From the NCBI GenBank assembly GCA_031258135.1, contig JAIRNG010000022.1, positions 5,689 to 69,688 of the forward strand: DNA of 64,000 bases, read 5' to 3'. The notes under the pieces are model-generated. The model made no database searches and was not told the origin of the DNA. It worked only from the letters and a program-made list of their open reading frames with translations. The translations under genes were made by a program, and so were the position numbers. Positions 58,287 to 64,000 of the stretch are shown one piece after another (the first letter of the stretch is position 1; every line of letters starts with the position of its first letter). Source of the stretch: Mediterranea sp. (GTDB lineage Bacteria > Bacteroidota > Bacteroidia > Bacteroidales > Bacteroidaceae).

Positions 58287-59909
58287 TTAATAGCCCGGAT
58301 TTGGTTTCAGATTGGAATTGGTGAGCAACGCTGAATTCGGTATGGGATATAAATCCCGGTTCTTATCATTCGTTGCATCATGGCTGAACCACGATTTGGT
58401 ACTGAATACACCGAACCGTATCATATCCTGTCTACGGCGACCTTCCTGGGTAAATTCCCATCCCAGTTCGTCTAAGAACCGTCCGTATAGTATGTCATTA
58501 CCTCCCTCAAACGTTGTCCTTTTTTCGTCACGGCGTCCGTAGTCGTATAAGCTTCCCGCCTGTAACTGGGCATCGGTGACCACTGCCTTTTCCGGATTAC
58601 TTTTGAAAGCTCTTTGCCTAACCTGTGTTACCAATTCACCGGCTCCGGACTGCCCTAACCTTAGCATGGCTTCGGCTTTCATAAGCAGTACATCTGCATA
58701 TCTGAACAGGGGCCAGTCATTGCTCAACCGGTTGGTTATTCCTATGGCATATTCGAACTTGCCCCAGCGATATCCATCCACTATGTCAGACCGGTCTATA
58801 TCCGGAACATCTTTCGTATATATAAACGGTTCGCCGTTATCGCTACGGGTAAGTATTTCACCGGAAGCTTTGTATTGTTGACCAAAGATAAAATTATCCT
58901 GCAACCGGGCATCGTCAGAATCGAACGATTCTATGAATTGGGGTATGGCACATACGCCGCCCCAAGGCACATTGGTAAATTGGTATGTTTGCTGGCTTTC
59001 GGATGCTAGGGTATACATGTGGAAGTCGAATGCGTTCCAGTCGGTGATGTAAATTTCATCGAACGGCAGGGCGAAGATAATTTCTTTGGAGTTCTCGTTT
59101 TTGGTAACAAAGATATCTTTCTGGTTTTCTTCCAACTCGTATTCTCCGCTCGCGGTGGCAAACCGGATTACCTCGTCACAGGCGTCGATACACTTCTGCC
59201 ATTGCGGTGTGTCAATCCACACGCCAGCATTGAGGTGCATTTTTGCCAGCAGAGTATAGGCGCCCCATTTATTGATGCGTCCGTAATAATATCCCCGAGG
59301 GGTTTCGGACAGATCATTTATATTGTCGTTGATTTCAGTTATGATAAAATTGAACACTTCTTTCCGGGTCGACTGCTTGGGCAATGAAGTATCTTTAAAA
59401 TCGGTAACAATCGGCACATTGCCATAAAGGTCGACCAATATATAATAGTAAGAAGCGCGCAGTATTTTTAGTTCTGCTATCAAAGGTGTTTTTATTTCAT
59501 CAGTCACATTAATGACTCCGTCTTCAATCTGCGAAAGCAGGCGGTTGCAGGTATTGATTCCCGTATAAGTACGTTCCCACGGTTGTAGGGCAGAATCATC
59601 GTCTGTGGTCCAGGTATGCAGATGCCATCTTTTGTATATGCCACCATCCACCCATCCGTTGGGACGGGCCGGTAGCACATCCTGATCGGCGCATAATTCC
59701 TGTGTCCTGACTACCCCGTTCCAAAGCAGCATGGTTTCCCTCCACGGTACATAAGCGGCATTGACCAGATAGCTGATTTCTTCTTCAGTGGTAGGATTGA
59801 ATTTTTCTGAAATAACTTGTCCGTAGCTGGCATCTTTAAGATCTGTACAGGCGAACAACCCCGTAACAATTGCAAAGGCAGTAAATATATATACTATTTT
59901 TGTTTTCAT
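58287..59909 (-). CDS. SusD/RagB family lipoprotein
   Basis: Lipobox LFAC, LYGNVPI, RYADVLLMKAEA, EGRRRQDMIRFG, NPGY. Confidence 0.94.
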   Translation of the reverse strand: MKTKIVYIFTAFAIVTGLFACTDLKDASYGQVISEKFNPTTEEEISYLVNAAYVPWRETMLLWNGVVRTQELCADQDVLPARPNGWVDGGIYKRWHLHTWTTDDDSALQPWERTYTGINTCNRLLSQIEDGVINVTDEIKTPLIAELKILRASYYYILVDLYGNVPIVTDFKDTSLPKQSTRKEVFNFIITEINDNINDLSETPRGYYYGRINKWGAYTLLAKMHLNAGVWIDTPQWQKCIDACDEVIRFATASGEYELEENQKDIFVTKNENSKEIIFALPFDEIYITDWNAFDFHMYTLASESQQTYQFTNVPWGGVCAIPQFIESFDSDDARLQDNFIFGQQYKASGEILTRSDNGEPFIYTKDVPDIDRSDIVDGYRWGKFEYAIGITNRLSNDWPLFRYADVLLMKAEAMLRLGQSGAGELVTQVRQRAFKSNPEKAVVTDAQLQAGSLYDYGRRDEKRTTFEGGNDILYGRFLDELGWEFTQEGRRRQDMIRFGVFSTKSWFSHDATNDKNRDLYPIPNSALLTNSNLKPNPGY

Positions 59910-59929
59910 ATATGTATTATATTTTAAAG

Positions 59930-62911
59930 TTAAAACTTGATTCCTAAACCGAAGGTAAACGATCGGATGCTGGGATACTGATCTCTGTTGTCATACCCCG
60001 GATTCAGCCCGTTCATATTTACTTCGGGGTCAACTCCGTCGTATCCGGTAATGGTAAACGCGTTGAGTACGGAAGCGTAAAGCCGTAAAGAGCTAATATA
60101 TTTATGGAGGTTATTAAAGGTATATCCCAGCGTAATATTATCAATTTTCCAGTAATCACCGTCTTCCACATAATAACTGTTGAATTCCGGATCTACCTCT
60201 TTGCTGAGCTGCATTTTGCCGAATATCTTATCGTTTACAGATTTCAGGCGGTTTTCCATACGGCTATTTTTCGGGTTCTCGTAATACATGCGCGCCTCGT
60301 TGATAATCTGGTAGCCAAAGGCTCCGCGCATGGTCATGCTGAAATCAAAATTCTTATACCTGATGTTGTTGTTCCAGCCGGCGTACCAGGTGGGTAATCC
60401 GTTTCCGATCACCTTCTTTTCTTCCGGTGCGCGAGAGAAATCGTCGTAATTAATCCGGTTCCCGTCCTTGCCCTCGTATATCCACTTTCCGTTATCGTCC
60501 ACATCCGCAACTTTGAATCCCCAGAAGTTACCTATTTTCTCTCCTACCTGCACCCGGTGCGAGTTTGTTTTTACCGGTTCGGCCAACCATCCTTCATCAA
60601 AGTAATCATACTCGGTTTTGAACACACTGCCATCAAGGCTTTTCAGTTTATTTGAATTTGTGGAGAAAGTTACGCTGGTATTCCATTCAAAATCTTTGGT
60701 TATTACAGGCATACCGGAGAGAAGAACCTCTATTCCGCGATTTTCCATCACTCCACCGTTGGCCCATGTTTTATTGTATAAATTGGGGGGTACGGGAACG
60801 TTGTATTGATAAATCAATCCATCTACTTTACGGTTATAGAAATCGATTGTACCCGATAGTCGCTCTTTCAGCAGGGTAAAATCAAGGCCGATGTTGGTTT
60901 CTTTCTTTTCTTCCCATTTCAAATCGGGATTGGCATTGGACGCAGGCACAATCGTCTGAACCCATTTGCCATTTACATACGCATATTTATCGTACTTAAG
61001 CATAGCAATTCCTAAAAAGCTATTCTTTGGTTGGGAGCCTGTTACTCCATATCCCACACGTACTTTGAGATCATCAAAAATCGTTTGATTCTTCATAAAA
61101 GATTCTTGTGTTATTCTCCAACCTAATGACACGGACGGAAAAGCTCCCCACTCATTATCTGTTCCCCATAGCTGGCTGGCTCCTTCATACCGCAAGCTGG
61201 CCATTAGCAGGTATTTATCGTCAAACGAATACGTTGCCCTTCCGAAAAAGCCGATCAGGTTGGTTGTCCATTTATTGGAATTCGCATCGGCTTTACCTTC
61301 TTTCAGGGCCGCCCCGATTCCTATATTGTGCCATCCTCCGAACTGATCGTCCTGAAAACCGTAATTGGCAAAATACATATCTTCAAAATCAATCTCGTTG
61401 TAGCTGTAGCCGCCCAAAAGGCTGAACTTATGCAAACCAATTTGCTTGTTATACAGTGCAGTAAGTTCCGTCAGTTTTTCCATTTTGGTATAGGCTCCCA
61501 CGGACGACCATCCGGCGTAACCGTCTCTTTTGGCAGAGGCATGGTTCAACGTTTCCGAATACCCGTGGTTTCTGTTCTCGCGCACATATGATAATACGGC
61601 CGTTAGAGTAAGGTCTTTAATCGGATTATATATAATGTTGCTGTTAAAACGGAGTTCGGTATTCTTCACGTTACCATAGCATTCTTCGAGCCGGGCAACC
61701 GGATTTTCATATTCAAACTTGCTGAGGTTTTCATACCAGCCTCCGTCTTCGTTTTTTATCGGGTCTGTAGGATTTCGCAAAATAGCCTGCCGGTATGTGT
61801 ATCCGTTAAAACTACCTGCACTGCTGGTAGAAGCATATTGGCTTTTCTTTCCGAATAATCCAAATTTGAGTTGCAACTTGTCGTCGAACATCCGGTGAGC
61901 AACTTCGATACGCCCCGAAAAAGTTTCCTTTCCCGACTTCAGCATTACACCCTCGGATGAGTTGTAGTTGAGATTTGCCACATAATTTGTTGTGGAAGTT
62001 CCTCTCTGAAGCGACAAGTTATGTGCCTGCGTAAAAGGAATGCGCGTAATTTCGTCCAGCCAGTTCGTGTCGGCACCATGGTCTTCTTGCGGATACATTT
62101 CTCTGAATTCGACTCCGTTGAGCATTTCCAGCTTTTTTACTATTTGCGAAGTACTGATGTAGCTGTTATATTCTACTTGGTTTATCTGTGCTCCTTTCGA
62201 CTTTTTGGTGGTTATGAGGATAACACCGTTTGTCCCACGCGTTCCATAAATAGCCGCTGCAGAACCGTCTTTCAGCACATCCACGCTCTCAACATCTTCG
62301 GGCGCCACGGTGTTGATGCTTCCCGGAATCCCGTCAATCAGTACCAAAGGTTCGGTATTGGCCCCGCCTATGGTGTTGGTACCTCTAAGCCTGAATTGTG
62401 TGGTAGATGTAGGGTCGCCGCTGGGATTGGTGATGGCCAATCCGGCCGCTTTCCCTTGAATCAGATGTCCCACATCTTTAATGGCTCCTTTACTGAAATT
62501 CTCGGATTTTACACTGGATACGGCACTGGTTACTTCACCTTTTCGCTGTATGCCATAGCCGATAACTACGATCTCATTTAAGCTGACAGCGTCTTCATTT
62601 AAAATCACGTTTATTTCCCGGCTTTCCAAAACCGTAATTTCTTTGGTTTGATAACCGACATAGGAAAATACCAGAACTGCTCCTTTGCCGACTTTAATCT
62701 GATATTGGCCATTCAAATCGGATATACATCCTTTGGCTGTTCCTTTTACGGTTACGGATACTCCTATTATAGGTTCGTTATTTGTATCGGTTATGATACC
62801 GCTGATTTGCTGGTCCGATACCTGCGCACAAATTCCATGGAAAAATGGAATCAGAAAGGCCAGTAGGATGACTGGCTTTTTAAGACTGATCATACTTTTG
62901 GGTAAAATCAT
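59930..62911 (-). CDS. SusC/RagA TonB-linked outer-membrane transporter
   Basis: VVIGYG, VLKDGSAAAIYGTRGTNGVILITTK, LKWE, C-terminal F. Confidence 0.95.
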   Translation of the reverse strand: MILPKSMISLKKPVILLAFLIPFFHGICAQVSDQQISGIITDTNNEPIIGVSVTVKGTAKGCISDLNGQYQIKVGKGAVLVFSYVGYQTKEITVLESREINVILNEDAVSLNEIVVIGYGIQRKGEVTSAVSSVKSENFSKGAIKDVGHLIQGKAAGLAITNPSGDPTSTTQFRLRGTNTIGGANTEPLVLIDGIPGSINTVAPEDVESVDVLKDGSAAAIYGTRGTNGVILITTKKSKGAQINQVEYNSYISTSQIVKKLEMLNGVEFREMYPQEDHGADTNWLDEITRIPFTQAHNLSLQRGTSTTNYVANLNYNSSEGVMLKSGKETFSGRIEVAHRMFDDKLQLKFGLFGKKSQYASTSSAGSFNGYTYRQAILRNPTDPIKNEDGGWYENLSKFEYENPVARLEECYGNVKNTELRFNSNIIYNPIKDLTLTAVLSYVRENRNHGYSETLNHASAKRDGYAGWSSVGAYTKMEKLTELTALYNKQIGLHKFSLLGGYSYNEIDFEDMYFANYGFQDDQFGGWHNIGIGAALKEGKADANSNKWTTNLIGFFGRATYSFDDKYLLMASLRYEGASQLWGTDNEWGAFPSVSLGWRITQESFMKNQTIFDDLKVRVGYGVTGSQPKNSFLGIAMLKYDKYAYVNGKWVQTIVPASNANPDLKWEEKKETNIGLDFTLLKERLSGTIDFYNRKVDGLIYQYNVPVPPNLYNKTWANGGVMENRGIEVLLSGMPVITKDFEWNTSVTFSTNSNKLKSLDGSVFKTEYDYFDEGWLAEPVKTNSHRVQVGEKIGNFWGFKVADVDDNGKWIYEGKDGNRINYDDFSRAPEEKKVIGNGLPTWYAGWNNNIRYKNFDFSMTMRGAFGYQIINEARMYYENPKNSRMENRLKSVNDKIFGKMQLSKEVDPEFNSYYVEDGDYWKIDNITLGYTFNNLHKYISSLRLYASVLNAFTITGYDGVDPEVNMNGLNPGYDNRDQYPSIRSFTFGLGIKF

Positions 62912-62978
62912 AGATGGATAAGATTAATGTTTAACATGCTATTGAATTTAATTGGTTATGAATCTACTCATATCGTGG

Positions 62979-63045
62979 CAAAAGTAATGTATAGGGTAAT
63001 GCAGCCGGTAACAACTATGTTGATATGAATAGCAACTATGTTGAT
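62979..63045 (-). promoter_or_regulatory. susC promoter (-7 TACTTTTG) with a tandem activator site
   Basis: -7 element at 62979-62986 (minus strand); CAACTATGTTGAT repeated at 63012 and 63033, 21 bp apart. Confidence 0.65.
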
Positions 63046-63106
63046 TTCTGCATAAATACATACCCTGAGCCCACAGTTTAAAACTACAATTCTTTATTTT
63101 TGCATT

Positions 63107-64000
63107 ATGCTTTATTATATAAGAATCTGTACGTTTTTTCTGTGGGTGCTGGCAACAACCTTTGTCCGTGCTGACGATTTTGTGTTTACCCCGATTAATG
63201 TTTCGCACGGTTTGAGTGATAACCAGATACGTTATATGTTGCAACTGCCCGACGGGCGGATGGTATTTAAAACCAGCGGCAACCTGAACTTGTACGATGG
63301 AACCCACTTTACTTACATCCACCAGGACAGTCGGCACATATACCCCATAAATAACTATGATGGTTTTTACCGTATTTACCAGGATGGCGATTCTCTGCTC
63401 TGGATTAAAGACGAAAAAAAGCTGATGTGTGTAAACCTTTATCAGGAAAAATATGTCCCCCATTTGCAATCTTATTTTGAGCGGGCAGGCATTACCGAAA
63501 CGGTAGACGATCTTTTTGTGGACCTCGAAAACAGGGTGTGGCTATTGATCTCGGACGAACTGTGGTTACATAATAATTGGGGGAAATTCACAAAATTCAG
63601 TATTCGCGACAATGAAGGTATTTTGCAGGATGTGGTTGCAGAAGGTTCGGATTTATATTTGTTCTACAATACAGGCGCTGTGGTGTGTTACAACCAACAA
63701 ACCCGCTCAAGGCGTTATCGTTGTGCCGCTTATCCGGATAGTTTGCAGGATGTATTTAAAAACACATCGTTAGTGGTGAAAGGTAATAACGGTTTCTTTC
63801 AGTTACGTAACGGAACAAAAGGTGGCTTTTTCTTTTTTGATACCGGTAAAAAAGAATGGACGAAATTACTTGAAACGGATTATGTACTTAACACGTTGAT
63901 TGCAGGCCCCGACGGTACAGCCTACGTCAGTTGCCCCAGTGGTTTCTGGAAAATCAATACGCGGAGTGGTTCGAAAGAGCATATTGCCGTATTAAAAACG
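63107..64000 (+). CDS. Hybrid two-component/AraC-type PUL sensor, N-terminal beta-propeller part; runs off the window edge
   Basis: Not in the ORF track. MLYYIRICTFFLWVLATTFVRA-DDFVFTPINVSHGLSDNQIRYMLQLPDGRMVF...LNLYDG is a signal peptide plus Reg_prop repeats; divergent from susC. Confidence 0.85.
   Translation, partial: MLYYIRICTFFLWVLATTFVRADDFVFTPINVSHGLSDNQIRYMLQLPDGRMVFKTSGNLNLYDGTHFTYIHQDSRHIYPINNYDGFYRIYQDGDSLLWIKDEKKLMCVNLYQEKYVPHLQSYFERAGITETVDDLFVDLENRVWLLISDELWLHNNWGKFTKFSIRDNEGILQDVVAEGSDLYLFYNTGAVVCYNQQTRSRRYRCAAYPDSLQDVFKNTSLVVKGNNGFFQLRNGTKGGFFFFDTGKKEWTKLLETDYVLNTLIAGPDGTAYVSCPSGFWKINTRSGSKEHIAVLKT

Overview
This window is Bacteroidales (Bacteroides-like) chromosomal DNA. 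Most of it is ordinary housekeeping genes: guaA 5' end, gap, dCMP deaminase, S41 protease, recF, ribH, tRNA-Tyr/Gly, folB, malQ, class II nrdJ, dnaA, MCE and amidase genes, a TonB receptor, rlmN-pdxA-lptE-secG and transporters. It ends with a small SusC/SusD/GH31 polysaccharide utilisation locus and its divergent beta-propeller sensor. The accessory feature is a ~19 kb minus-strand contractile injection system (eCIS/BIS/AlgoCIS-like) at 23,513-42,565. It encodes a cap, putative cap adaptor, one sheath, two tubes, an unannotated 53-aa plug-like ORF, tube initiator, VgrG, PAAR, gp25, two baseplate proteins, a toxin-less DUF4157 protein, a repeat-rich tape measure and an AAA+ ATPase. Its last gene is a signal-peptide/3-TM protein with an apparently catalytically dead GH18-like domain, a candidate membrane anchor. 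No lysis genes, long tail fibre or effector are recognisable, and the usual effector position holds a 41-bp tandem array and two kinds of REP-like repeat. Elsewhere there are several unexplained intergenic arrays with periods of 21-23, 32 and 41 bp. Two of them share a 'palindromic node + 13-nt linker in either orientation' design. All protein assignments are from motif recognition by eye; no database search was run.
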